From Ostreococcus lucimarinus (taxonomy: Eukaryota), in assembly GCA_000092065.1 (NCBI GenBank), contig CP000600.1: a stretch of 64,000 nt of DNA. The stretch is one strand, 5' to 3'. A program made the position numbers and the translations under genes. The notes under the pieces are model-generated. The model made no database searches. It worked only from the letters and a program-made list of their open reading frames with translations, and was not told where the DNA came from. This document shows, piece by piece, positions 25,960 to 35,721 of this stretch; within the stretch, counting starts at the first letter, position 1; every line of letters begins with the position of its first letter.

Positions 25960-27642
25960 TCAACCGTCGGTAAACTTACCTATCCACACGAGCGCGCCGA
26001 ACGCGATTCGCCTAGCCCATTTCCGTTTTCGACCTTGCGGGCGTTCGGCGGTGCGCTCGTCGAAGGATTCATCGTCGCTCGATTCCGTCGCCCGTCGAGA
26101 CGCCGCTGACGCGGAGTTCGGGTCAACGAGTTCAACAAGCAGCTTCAACACTTTGCCGATCCTCCTTCGGACTCTTTGGCGTTTATTCAACCCATTTCGT
26201 CCACTGAAGAGATACTCGCGACTGGAATCTGTCGGAGCAAAGTGAAGCTTGTTGGCGACGTCCTCGGCGTCGAGTGGAGGCGACCCCGCGCGCGATCCCG
26301 CTGTCGCATCTTCGCCTTCATCGTCGCTCTGCGGCACACTCGTTCGTCCGGTTCGGAATGATCTCGTGTGCGGCACCTCGCGCGTCGCCGGCGGCGCGGG
26401 AATGGCGTCGTAATTCTTCATGCGAGCATTCGCTCGCACGCGACGCTGCAACTCGCTATTGAACGTCGCCATGTATGCGTCTAGTCCTTTTGCCGCAGCC
26501 ATGTGAGCGAGTCTCGGTGGCACGCCGGGATCTTCGTAATAAATGGATACGTACTGACTGCCTTTGACTTCGTCGTTCTTTCCCACCATGATGGCGCTGT
26601 ACATGGATTTGACGTCCACCGCGCGCGCTCCCATCATCTGTTGAAGCTTGTTCTTCGCCGAAACCGCGGACGGTGATTCCAACGCGTCGCGACAAATGCA
26701 TGTCGCCATCTCATTTTTCTTATCGTACCACATCCGACGAGAGACGAGATAATCACGAGGTGCCATGAGACGAGGGTATTTCAACCGCCAATACACCACG
26801 TCTTGCGCGGTGAACTCCTTCTCCTTGTTCTCGGCGTCTTCGCGTTCAACGCACGTCGGGTGCAACGTCGTGCTATCCCACGCTTGACGTCCCAACAAAT
26901 CCGTCTGTGCGTGGAACAATATTTCCGCGGGTACCCCAGCCGCTAAGACTTCCGTGCGGAATTTCGCGAGTCCCTTCTTCATCATGCGCTTGTCCTCGGC
27001 GGAGACGCCGCGAAGCATCCTGTACGTGCAGCATCCCACGCGTCCGCTGGCGATGACGTCCCAGTCACCCTCATCGTTCGCCACCGCAGTCGCAAATGCT
27101 TCGTAATCCTTATTCGTCACCCTATCACGCACGTCATCGGCTAAGTCCCTCGGCCCTTCGTTCGCCACGAGATCGTCGTCCCATCCTCGGTCCACCGCTC
27201 GACGCGTGACGCCCGAGTAAAACGCTTTCAGCGTCCACACCGGCGCGCCCAGCGCGGCGCCCAGCGCCCAGCGCATCAAGCTAAAGAACAACTTAATCGC
27301 CAACAACGCCACGCGATCCGGCGGCGGCGTATTCTTATCCATCCGCAACCCTATGAACAGCGCCTTGTACGCCAACGAAGTCGCCCACATGGCCAACACG
27401 CACAGCGACATCGTCCTCGGGGACATCTCTCCCTTTCGCACGCGCACCGCGAGCGCACCGACCACCGTCGCGCACGCGCTTTCGCACCAACTCAAAGTCG
27501 CGACCGCACCGTCCCCATCGTTCGCCGCGCTCGTCTCCTCCTGCGCCGGTTTCCCGTCCCTCGACCGCCGCCGCCGCCGCCGCGGCGCGTCCCCAAGCGT
27601 CTCCGCGCTGTCTTCGAGCTCCACCGCCCCCGCGCGCGTCAT
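25960..27642 (-). CDS. Membrane-anchored START (StAR-related lipid-transfer) domain protein.
   Basis: N-terminal TM helices ('MSLCVLAMWATSLAYKALFIGL', 'LLAIKLFFSLMRWALGAALGAPVW'). START-like core 'YEAFATAVANDEGDWDVIASGRVGCCTYRM...VVYWRLKYPRLMAPRDYLVSRRMWYDKKNEMATCICRD...SIYYEDPGVPPRLAHMAAAKGL' resembles the plant 'polyketide cyclase/dehydrase and lipid transport' family. Confidence 0.6.
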   Translation of the reverse strand: MTRAGAVELEDSAETLGDAPRRRRRRSRDGKPAQEETSAANDGDGAVATLSWCESACATVVGALAVRVRKGEMSPRTMSLCVLAMWATSLAYKALFIGLRMDKNTPPPDRVALLAIKLFFSLMRWALGAALGAPVWTLKAFYSGVTRRAVDRGWDDDLVANEGPRDLADDVRDRVTNKDYEAFATAVANDEGDWDVIASGRVGCCTYRMLRGVSAEDKRMMKKGLAKFRTEVLAAGVPAEILFHAQTDLLGRQAWDSTTLHPTCVEREDAENKEKEFTAQDVVYWRLKYPRLMAPRDYLVSRRMWYDKKNEMATCICRDALESPSAVSAKNKLQQMMGARAVDVKSMYSAIMVGKNDEVKGSQYVSIYYEDPGVPPRLAHMAAAKGLDAYMATFNSELQRRVRANARMKNYDAIPAPPATREVPHTRSFRTGRTSVPQSDDEGEDATAGSRAGSPPLDAEDVANKLHFAPTDSSREYLFSGRNGLNKRQRVRRRIGKVLKLLVELVDPNSASAASRRATESSDDESFDERTAERPQGRKRKWARRIAFGALVWIGKFTDG

Positions 27643-27992
27643 CGTCGCCGCGCGCGTGCCGTCGACCGCACCGAACGATCGCCCCGCGAGCGTCGACGCG
27701 CGCTCGACGCGCGCCGAGGCTCACGCGCGCGGCGCGCGGCGTCGACGCGCGCGCTGACTCAGCGTCCCAAAGGTCAACCTTTCGCGCGCGCGCCCCGCGC
27801 GACGCCCCGCGCGCGCGTCTCGACGCGATTCGTCGGGACGAAACGATGCGCGCGCGTTCGCCGCGTTCGCGCGCGTCGCGCGTCGCGTCGCGCGCGCGAT
27901 CGCGCGCGAGCGTGTGCGGGGACGCGATAAGATGGACGGGGCTTTATTATCCAGGAGGCACTTTTTCCGCGGTGCGCGCGCGTCGGAGGTCG

Positions 27993-28154
27993 GCGCGACG
28001 CGCGCGGCGGTCGAACGCGGCGAAAACGCGCGTTCGGATGGTGATGGGTTTAATGGTTTAATCACTACTCAGTAATCGTCGAAGCGCGACGCGCGCGGCG
28101 GTCGAACGCGGTGAAAACGCGCGTTCGGATGGCGACGGGTTTAATTACTACTCG
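27993..28154. repeat. Intergenic tandem duplication: two copies of ~75-90 bp at roughly 90% identity.
   Basis: 'gcgcgacgcgcgcggcggtcgaacgcgg(c/t)gaaaacgcgcgttcggatgg(t/c)ga(t/c)gggtttaat...actactc' occurs twice in tandem between the START-gene 5' end and the ICT1-like 3' end. Confidence 0.7.
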
Positions 28155-28187
28155 TTCTCGACGGTCTTCCCCGAGCGACGATCGGTC

Positions 28188-29123
28188 TCAATAATCGTCG
28201 AAGTTCTTGATGTTCTTCCCCGACCGTCGCTCCGTTTTCTTTTGCGAGGTCTGTTTCTTGTCTTGTAAGCGCCGTCGGTTGCCCTTCTCCACGTTGGCTT
28301 GAAGTTTCTTCTTCTTCCGCTTGTCCGATTGACTCCCCGGGAGCTTGGCGGCGCGATTTATGTAACTCTGAAGCTTTTCTAGCGCGTCGTCTACGTTTTG
28401 ACTCTGCGTGCGGTGACGCGTGCTGTTTACCACGAGCTCGCCGTTTGAGTTGACGCGATTCTTCTCCGCCACGACGAGTCGATCCGCGCACCACTGCGGC
28501 AACCACCCCGCGGCGACCGCCCCGGCGACGTCCAACCGCATATCGACTTTAGTATTCACTTTATTCACGTTTTGCCCCCCCGCGCCGCCCGATCGCGCGA
28601 AGGAGACGACGACGTCGTCCTTCGTCACCGGTCGCGGCGGCGTCGTGTCCGCCCCCTTCGGCGGTAGCGGTAACTCGTCCCGTATCCTCGGTCCCGCGAT
28701 TCCGCGCAGCGCGTCTTTCGACGATTTCGTCGTCCCGTCTCCGTCGTCGCCGAACGCGTCGTCGTCGTCGTCGTCGTCGTCTTCCTCGTCCGCCCACGGG
28801 TCGTCGTCGTCGTCGTCGTCGTCGTACAGTTCGTCGTCGTAATTCATCCCTCGCGCCGCGCTCATCCCTCGTCTCGCGCGCGGCGCCGACGCGCCGACTC
28901 GCGACGTCGCGCGCGTCGAAACCGAATCCAAATCCCTCGTTCGAGCCACCGCCGCGACGCCTCGCGGTCGTTTCGACGCCATCCGCGCGTGCGCGACGAC
29001 GGGTTTACTCTCGCACAATCCGCGCGCGCCGCGCCCGAGCGCGAGGCGCGCCGCGCGCGCGAGCATCGCGCGCGAGAGTGCGGTCCCGGTGTCCCGATGC
29101 CTCGACGCGCTCGCCCGCATCAC
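28188..29123 (-). CDS. Class-I release-factor-domain protein (ICT1/mL62 or MTRFR-type peptidyl-tRNA hydrolase) with an organellar presequence. Start ambiguous: 29123, 29066 or 28982.
   Basis: GGQ motif 'SFARSGGAGGQNVNKVNTKVDMRL'. Basic C-terminal tail 'KRKKKKLQANVEKGNRRRLQDKKQTSQKKTERR'. Acidic poly-D/E linker. R/A-rich N-terminus. Confidence 0.7.
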   Translation of the reverse strand: MMRASASRHRDTGTALSRAMLARAARLALGRGARGLCESKPVVAHARMASKRPRGVAAVARTRDLDSVSTRATSRVGASAPRARRGMSAARGMNYDDELYDDDDDDDDPWADEEDDDDDDDDAFGDDGDGTTKSSKDALRGIAGPRIRDELPLPPKGADTTPPRPVTKDDVVVSFARSGGAGGQNVNKVNTKVDMRLDVAGAVAAGWLPQWCADRLVVAEKNRVNSNGELVVNSTRHRTQSQNVDDALEKLQSYINRAAKLPGSQSDKRKKKKLQANVEKGNRRRLQDKKQTSQKKTERRSGKNIKNFDDY

Positions 29124-29175
29124 CCCGCGCGCGCGCGTCCTCGCGCGTCGCGCGCGCCGCCGGATATCGCGCGCG

Positions 29176-30294
29176 ATGTTCGCGCGCGCGATGGCGCGCC
29201 GCGCGGCGTCGCGGATCGCGCGCGCGACGCGGTGCGATGGAATCTATGCGCGCGCGCTCGAATTCGCGGTCGGTCGTCGCGGCGTCGCGATGGGAACGCG
29301 CGCCGCGCGCGACGCGCGAGACGCCGGACGGCGACGCGCGGTCGACGACGCGCGACGCGCGATCGGCGACGACGCGCGCGAGGCCGAGGCGGCGCGCTCG
29401 CGCGTGGTGTTCGAGGAGGAGGTGCTGCCGGCGCTGCGCGCGTTTTACGCCGAGCGAGGACACCTGAACGTGCCGCGCGCGTACGTCGTCCCGAGCGACG
29501 CGCCGGCGGCGATCGCGGGAATGAAGCTCGGAAATCGAGTGGATCGGATTCGCTACCGAGGAGACTTCGTGAAGGGGAGCGAGGAGAGGATGAAGGCGCT
29601 GGACGCCGTCGGCGAGGCGACTGGGGAGACGTTTGCGTGGGACGGCGAGGATTGGGTGTTTTATAAGCAAATCATCCCGTGTTTGAGGTATTACATCAAG
29701 GAACACGGACACGGGAACGTGCCGATGGCGTACGAGACGCCGCGGGACGCGCGGGCGTATTCGAGCGCGAACGCGCTGAAGACGTACAACATGGGATTCG
29801 CGCTCGGAAAGCGCGTCAACGATATTCGAGCCAAGGGAACGTTCGTCGAGGGGCGACCCGATCGTTTCGACGCGCTGTCGAAGATGCAATTCGTGTGGGA
29901 CGACGAGGAATTCAATTGGTCGCAGCGCTTGATTCCGGCGCTGCAGCTTTACGAGCAAGTGCACGGGCACCTGAACGTGCCCAGCGCGTACGCGGTGCCG
30001 GCCAAGATGCCGTGTCCGTTCGGCGTCGCCCGTCCCGTCGTCGTTCGCAGAGACCTCGTCGGTTTCGAACTCGGCAGCGCGGTGGCGCAGATCAGACACT
30101 GGCGATTTCAGCGTCCCGGCACGTCCGAGGGCGCGGCGAGAAGTCGCGTTCGACAGCTCGACCGGCTCTCGCCGCTCGGCTTTCCGTGGGACGTCGCCGA
30201 GTGGGAACGCAGGGCGCGCGTCCTCAAGCGCGTGCGTCGTCGACGCGTCGACGCGCGCCTCGCGTCCGACGCCGCAGCGTCCTCGAGCGTCTAA
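29176..30294 (+). CDS. Protein with three helicase-associated (HA) domain repeats and no helicase core; mitochondrial-type presequence.
   Basis: Three ~70-aa repeats: 'EEEVLPALRAFYAERGHLNVPRAYVVP...GMKLGNRVDRIRYRGDF', 'WVFYKQIIPCLRYYIKEHGHGNVPMAYETP...GFALGKRVNDIRAKGTF', 'FNWSQRLIPALQLYEQVHGHLNVPSAYAVP...GFELGSAVAQIRHWRF'. The shared HGH-NVP / LG-x-V-x-IR pattern is characteristic of HA domains. Confidence 0.6.
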   Translation: MFARAMARRAASRIARATRCDGIYARALEFAVGRRGVAMGTRAARDARDAGRRRAVDDARRAIGDDAREAEAARSRVVFEEEVLPALRAFYAERGHLNVPRAYVVPSDAPAAIAGMKLGNRVDRIRYRGDFVKGSEERMKALDAVGEATGETFAWDGEDWVFYKQIIPCLRYYIKEHGHGNVPMAYETPRDARAYSSANALKTYNMGFALGKRVNDIRAKGTFVEGRPDRFDALSKMQFVWDDEEFNWSQRLIPALQLYEQVHGHLNVPSAYAVPAKMPCPFGVARPVVVRRDLVGFELGSAVAQIRHWRFQRPGTSEGAARSRVRQLDRLSPLGFPWDVAEWERRARVLKRVRRRRVDARLASDAAASSSV

Positions 30295-30537
30295 GTAGCC
30301 CGATGTCATCACACTAGCTAGCCCGGTGTCACCGCGCAGCCAGACCCGCGAAAAAAGCAAAAACGCGGCGACCCCGATGCGCCGCACATCCACGCGCGCG
30401 CGCGCGTTCTGACCGCGCGCGATCGCCGCGACGCGCACGCGCGTCGCGCGCATCGCGTTCGGTCGCCGCGCGGTCGCGAGGACGCCTCGGCGCGACGCGC
30501 GGACGTCGGATAATCGCGCCGATTCTCAACACCAATC

Positions 30538-33015
30538 ATGGACGCCCCGATGGATGGCGCCGTGGAAGCCGTCGAAACCACGGGATGGTTCCTCGCGCTC
30601 GCGCTCACGCACGCACCGATGATGGTGTTCACGCTGTACGCGTCGCTGACGATCGTCGAGCGCGCGCTGGGGAGCAAAAGGGGCAAGGTGAAGGAAAAGC
30701 CGCCGGCGCGAGAGGCGCCGCCGTACGTGTGCGTGCAGTTGCCGATGTACAACGAGCCGGCGTGCGCGAAACGGGCGATCGACGCGGCGTGTCTGCTGCA
30801 TTGGCCGCAAGATTTGATAGAGATACAGGTCTTGGACGATAGCTCGGACGGGACGGAGGATGTGGTGGACGACGCGTGCGCGGAGTGGCGGGAACGCGGG
30901 GTGGTGTGCAACGCGCTGCGAGCGAGCGCGGTGCTGAGAGGGAAATCGAGACAGACGAAGGCGGCGGCGTTGGAGTACGGTCGCGCGCGGACTTCGGCCG
31001 ATTTGATTGTGGTTTTAGACGCCGACGCGGTGGTTGAGGAGGATTATTTAGCGAAGATTGTGCCGTATTTCTACGACGAGCGAGGCGAGCGAAGGAGCGA
31101 GGTGGCGGTGGTGCAGCCAGACGTGACGTTTAAGAATTCGTCGCAAAACTTCTTGACGATGCATCAGGCGTTTAAGATGGAAGCAGACGCGATTGTAGGG
31201 AACAGGGCGTACATTCGCGCGTTTGGGTGCGCGCTGCGGGCGGGAAGCGGGGCGATTTGGAGCGCCGCCGCGCTTCGCGGCGTCGGTGGTTGGGACGTAA
31301 ACATGCTCGCGCTGGAAGGGACGGATATGTCCATGCGCACGCGCATGGCTGGGTACAGTGGGAAAGCGGCGGCGAACGTCATCATAGAAACCGAGCTCCC
31401 GTCGACGCTAAGCGCGTACAAAAGTCAACAGTTACGATGGATGTGGGCGTGGGCGTATTTAGCCAAGCGACACTTGGCTAGCGTGTTGTTCAATTCGTTC
31501 AACGGCGTGACCTCGGACATTGGTATCGGGGTTTTGAACGGGAACGTCGCTCGCTTGTGGTTTGCGCTCACAATCGTGCGTCCGGCGCAATGGTTGCTCC
31601 TCGCCGTGTGGTTATTACTCCTCCCTGAGCTCATTTTCGACGGCATGTGGCTCGGCAACGCCCAGCACGTGATTCACGGCGCCGTTTGGTTGTACTTTTT
31701 ACCCCTGTTGCTCATCTTGAAGGCGGATACGTTCGCGATGTCTGATGTAGAAGGTAAAGTTCGCTCGCCCCCGAAGTCCACGGGCGAGGCGATGAGCACG
31801 ATGCGCACGACGTTGCGCAAACTGAGCTGGATCGGCCCGCACGCGTGCGTGTCGCTCGGCATGATCGCCGTGTACTGCACCGGATACGTGCGCGGCATTT
31901 TCGGTTCCACCTACCCTTCCTTCGACGCCCCCGTGAGTCAGCTGCGCACGCCAAAGCTTGGAAATGGCGACGTCGAGCTGAGCGAAGCCGATCGCGGCGC
32001 CGACGAGACTTCTTGCTCGAAGAGTGAGATTTGGCAAATCGTCTTCGAGATGACCTTCGTCGTCGCCACGATTCGCGCGTCGATCGAACTCATGAAGTGG
32101 GCCCCGACGGGCGGGTCAGGGGCGGGGACGATTTCACTCGTTTCCGTGATTGGGTTCGGCATCGCGGCGTGCTGCGTGTACGTCGCCGCGGGAAGCTGGG
32201 ATGACAAGTGCGGTCCGAGAAGTAGCGAGCGCTACCGTCGCGCCAAGACGTCGAGCGTCGAAGAGCGCGCGGGGTTACTGTCGTCTACGACGGCGGCGGC
32301 GACGTTGGCGCCGCCTCGACGGATCAATATGTCTCTCTCATCGAAGTCGCGACGCACGAAAGCGAGCGACATGTACGGTACGAGTACTGTCCCCGCGTTT
32401 GACGTGGAAAGTGGGAAACGAACGCCCGAGGCGTTTAGCGTCGGCGACGAGGACGACGTCCAACCCGTCAGCCTCGACGTCCCGGCGTTGACGAACGCGA
32501 AGGAGATGCAAAAGGCTATCAAAAAGTACAAAAACATGCGAGATCACAATTTCGATCTCGAGAACTTTAGTGAGTACGCGCAGAGCGATGCGACGAGCGT
32601 GATGTCGGAAAATCACGCGCCGTCGCACGTCAACTTTGGATCGCACGCGCCGTCGCACGAAGATTTCGGCAGCGAAATCGGCAGCGCGTTCGGCGACGGC
32701 GACGACGACGAAAGGTCGGTAGACATGGACGGCAAGGATCGCGCCGCGCTGGCGCACGCCATGCAAGCGCAGCACGACTCGCAACAGCGCGCCAAATCGC
32801 TTCGCATGGCGAATTTGCGCGTCAACACCGCGCCCGCGCCGAATCCCAAACGGTCGCGACCGCCGAGGTCGCCGCGCAGCTCCAACGCGACGTCCGCGGA
32901 CAATTCGCCGCGCGCGCCGCTCTCACCCCCGACCGCGGAATCACCCAAACCCATCAGCGCGTCCGATTGGGTCGATTCCCCGATCGTCGTCGACGCGTCG
33001 TCGACGCCTCGATGA
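30538..33015 (+). CDS. Family-2 glycosyltransferase, processive beta-glycan-synthase type (CslA/CslC-like), with a ~350-aa disordered C-terminal tail.
   Basis: 'YVCVQLPMYNEPACAKRAIDAA', 'QVLDDSSD', 'VVLDADAV' (DxD) and 'KSQQLRWMWAW' (Q-x-x-RW) are GT2 motifs. Several TM helices before and after the catalytic domain. The tail is S/P/R-rich. Confidence 0.75.
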   Translation: MDAPMDGAVEAVETTGWFLALALTHAPMMVFTLYASLTIVERALGSKRGKVKEKPPAREAPPYVCVQLPMYNEPACAKRAIDAACLLHWPQDLIEIQVLDDSSDGTEDVVDDACAEWRERGVVCNALRASAVLRGKSRQTKAAALEYGRARTSADLIVVLDADAVVEEDYLAKIVPYFYDERGERRSEVAVVQPDVTFKNSSQNFLTMHQAFKMEADAIVGNRAYIRAFGCALRAGSGAIWSAAALRGVGGWDVNMLALEGTDMSMRTRMAGYSGKAAANVIIETELPSTLSAYKSQQLRWMWAWAYLAKRHLASVLFNSFNGVTSDIGIGVLNGNVARLWFALTIVRPAQWLLLAVWLLLLPELIFDGMWLGNAQHVIHGAVWLYFLPLLLILKADTFAMSDVEGKVRSPPKSTGEAMSTMRTTLRKLSWIGPHACVSLGMIAVYCTGYVRGIFGSTYPSFDAPVSQLRTPKLGNGDVELSEADRGADETSCSKSEIWQIVFEMTFVVATIRASIELMKWAPTGGSGAGTISLVSVIGFGIAACCVYVAAGSWDDKCGPRSSERYRRAKTSSVEERAGLLSSTTAAATLAPPRRINMSLSSKSRRTKASDMYGTSTVPAFDVESGKRTPEAFSVGDEDDVQPVSLDVPALTNAKEMQKAIKKYKNMRDHNFDLENFSEYAQSDATSVMSENHAPSHVNFGSHAPSHEDFGSEIGSAFGDGDDDERSVDMDGKDRAALAHAMQAQHDSQQRAKSLRMANLRVNTAPAPNPKRSRPPRSPRSSNATSADNSPRAPLSPPTAESPKPISASDWVDSPIVVDASSTPR

Positions 33016-33520
33016 CGCCTCGACGACGAAGCCCGTCTCGCGTCGCGTCGCGTCGCGTCCGCGTCTACAGCGCGCGTTGATTATTTTACACCCAGTCTAC
33101 GCTACCCCGTCGCGCCGTCCCCCACCGTCGTCTCGCCCGCCGGAGTCCCCTTTCCCAACCTTCGCGCGCGTTCAAAGTGCAGCGCGCGAAGCATCGCGTT
33201 CACCTCGGCGTACGCGCCCGCGCGCGCCTCGTCCTCGTCCTCGTCCTCGCGCGCGCGTCCCGTGTGCATGCGCTTCACCGCGCGCTGCAGTTCGAGCACC
33301 TCCTCGCCGTCGCTCGCGCTCGGTCGCGCGCGCGTCGCGCGCGTCGTCGTCATCGGTCGGCGCGTCGTCGCTCTCGGGCGGTATCGACGGCGCGCGGACG
33401 CGCGACGCGCGCGAGACCGACTCGGACGCGCGCGCGCGATCGCGGCGCGCGCGACGCCGCGCCGCGCGGTCGAATCGCGCGCGCGAACGGCGCGCCGTCG
33501 CCACTCTACGGCGCGCCGAA

Positions 33521-33952
33521 ATGAAACCGAAACCGAAAGATTCGCCCAAGAAGCGCCATCAGCGACCGAAGAGCGGCACGGGCGCGGCCAAGCGCGACAA
33601 ACGCGGCGTCGCGCGACACAAGAGCGCGACGACGGCGTTCGGCGAGGCGACGTTCGACGACGCGAAGCGTAAAGATTGGGTCACCGGGTACCGCAAGCGC
33701 AAGGTTGGACGACGAAAGCAAGCGCAGCACGACGCCGAGCAGCGCGCGCGACGCGAGCGAATCGCGGCGAGGAAGGCGCGGAGGGACGCGGAGCGCGTCG
33801 CGCTCGGTTTGGTGGACGACGAGGGCGAACGCGCGGCGAATGGGGTCGGGGACGCGGTCGAGCGGGACGACGCGGACGTCGACGCGGCGTACGCGAGCGG
33901 CGTCACGGTGACCGTGCGCGCGGGATCAGGCGCGAGCGACGATGGATTTTGA
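33521..33952 (+). CDS. NOL12: NOL12/Nop25-like nucleolar protein (RRP17 family).
   Basis: 'ATFDDAKRKDWVTGYRKRKVGRRKQAQHDAEQRARRERIAARKARR' matches the NOL12 N-terminal motif 'VxFDxxxRxEFLTGFHKRKxxRRKxAQ...'. Start taken at 'MKPKPKD'. The upstream in-frame ORF is arginine-rich artefact. Confidence 0.5.
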   Translation: MKPKPKDSPKKRHQRPKSGTGAAKRDKRGVARHKSATTAFGEATFDDAKRKDWVTGYRKRKVGRRKQAQHDAEQRARRERIAARKARRDAERVALGLVDDEGERAANGVGDAVERDDADVDAAYASGVTVTVRAGSGASDDGF

Positions 33953-34189
33953 TTTGTATTTTTTGTATCTCTGTATCTTTGCCTCGAGCGCGCGTTTCGA
34001 TTCGTTTCGCGCGCGTCGGCGTCGGCGCGCGGCAGAGCGCGACTCGCGGCGGCGGCGATGCGCGGTCGGTCGGTTCGACGCGCGCTCGCGCTCGCGCTCG
34101 CGTGCGGCTTGGGTGCGTGACGTAGGGCGCTCGTCGCGACGCGTCGCGGCGGCTCGACGACGGCGCGCGCGCGCGCGGAGGGAACGATC

Positions 34190-35644
34190 GTGGGGAACGC
34201 GCGCGTCGAGCGAATGCGCGTCGACGCGCGCGAGAGCGGCGAAACGCGACGGCGCGATATCGGACTGACGGCGCGCGAACGCTACCTGTCGAACGCAGCG
34301 ATGGCGCGCGACGCGGAGGGGGCGCGACGCGCGAGCGTGAACGCCTCGGGCGTGTTCAACACCAACGGCTTGCGGTGTCCCGAAGACGTCGAGTGCGAGC
34401 GGTGCGCGGCGCCGCTGAACGCGGCGCCGTTCCGCGCGCCGGTGAACCTGACGGGAGTGCGAGTGATCGGGTGTCGATACCGCGCGGACGTGTGCGACGC
34501 GCTGCGCGAGGAGTCGAAGGCGTGCAAGAGACACGCGCGGTCGCTGTGCGGCGAACAGGACACGCGAGCGCAGGCGAAGACGAAATGTAAACGCGAAATG
34601 AATCGAGCGTGGAAGACGCGGTGCAAGGAAGAACGGACGATGATGGTGTCGCGCGCGGATGGGGCGCTGAAACGGTTCTTGGAAGTGCTGGAAAAGTTGA
34701 AAAGGGCGCGAGCGAAGCGCGCGGCGGGAGGCGCCGGGGACGACTTGACGATGTTAGAGATGGAGCTTTCGCGCTTGAAGACGTCGATCGGGCACGCGTT
34801 CGAGGAGCTGAGAAGTAATCACGGAGGCGTCGCGGTGGGATTGATGTCGGATCGAATGGAAGCGTTCGTGCGCGGGCCGACGCTGTTGGATTCGACGAGC
34901 GATATGTTGGACGTCGTCAACGCCATGAACGCCGTCTTGGGCGAGCTTCAAGGTTTGAGCACCGAAGCGAAAAGCTTGTGCTCGTACGACGCGAACATGG
35001 ACACGTCGGATGGTAAAATTTTGTGCCAAGACATGGAAGAAAAGATGAAGCTTTCGGAGAAGCGCGTCAACCGCTGCGCCGCGCGCCTGAGCGATTATTT
35101 AGCGTCGACGGCGAAAATCGACGCCCTCATCGTAGAGAAGAAGCGTCGGTTCGCGCTTTTGGATTCGCTCGACAAGTTCACCGATTCAATCTCTGGCGCT
35201 TGGTCCGCGGTGCAGTACGAAGGCGACGACGACTTTGTCGAAGAGCCGTCGACGCGCTTCAATCTCACCGAACACGTCACCACGGGCATCGTGCACACGC
35301 TCATGAACCACTACACCACTGTCAGCGCCCGCCACGCGCTCGCCACCGCCGAAATCAAAGAATCCGCGCTTTGCGCGCACATCATTCCAAGATTTCAGCT
35401 CTCTCTCCTCGGCACCGGCTTCAAGCGCGGCGACCTCGCGTGTCCGCCGCCCCACGGCACCTTCATCGCCGGTCGCGAGCTCCCGGACTGGTCCGCCTAC
35501 TTTTTATTCCTCCTCGGCATCGCCGTCGGCGCCGGCGCCACGATCGCCACCAATCGCGCCAACGAAGCCGTGGATTTCGTGCGCACGAATTCCTCCGTCG
35601 TCGTCGCCGTCTTGGTCGTCGTCTTGGCCGGTCGCTTCTTTTAG
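34190..35644 (+). CDS. Hypothetical protein with a Cys-rich N-terminal region, a long helical middle and a C-terminal TM anchor. Alternative start at 34298.
   Basis: 'CPEDVECERCAAP...GCRYRADVCDALREESKACKRHARSLCGEQ...CKREMNRAWKTRC'. C-terminal 'WSAYFLFLLGIAVGAGATIA...VVVAVLVVVLAGRFF'. No family recognised. Confidence 0.4.
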   Translation: MGNARVERMRVDARESGETRRRDIGLTARERYLSNAAMARDAEGARRASVNASGVFNTNGLRCPEDVECERCAAPLNAAPFRAPVNLTGVRVIGCRYRADVCDALREESKACKRHARSLCGEQDTRAQAKTKCKREMNRAWKTRCKEERTMMVSRADGALKRFLEVLEKLKRARAKRAAGGAGDDLTMLEMELSRLKTSIGHAFEELRSNHGGVAVGLMSDRMEAFVRGPTLLDSTSDMLDVVNAMNAVLGELQGLSTEAKSLCSYDANMDTSDGKILCQDMEEKMKLSEKRVNRCAARLSDYLASTAKIDALIVEKKRRFALLDSLDKFTDSISGAWSAVQYEGDDDFVEEPSTRFNLTEHVTTGIVHTLMNHYTTVSARHALATAEIKESALCAHIIPRFQLSLLGTGFKRGDLACPPPHGTFIAGRELPDWSAYFLFLLGIAVGAGATIATNRANEAVDFVRTNSSVVVAVLVVVLAGRFF

Positions 35645-35721
35645 TCGCGCTCGGCCGAGTCCGACTCCAACCGCCGCGCGCGCGTTTGTAACACTACCGC
35701 GCCACCACACGCCGACTCGCC

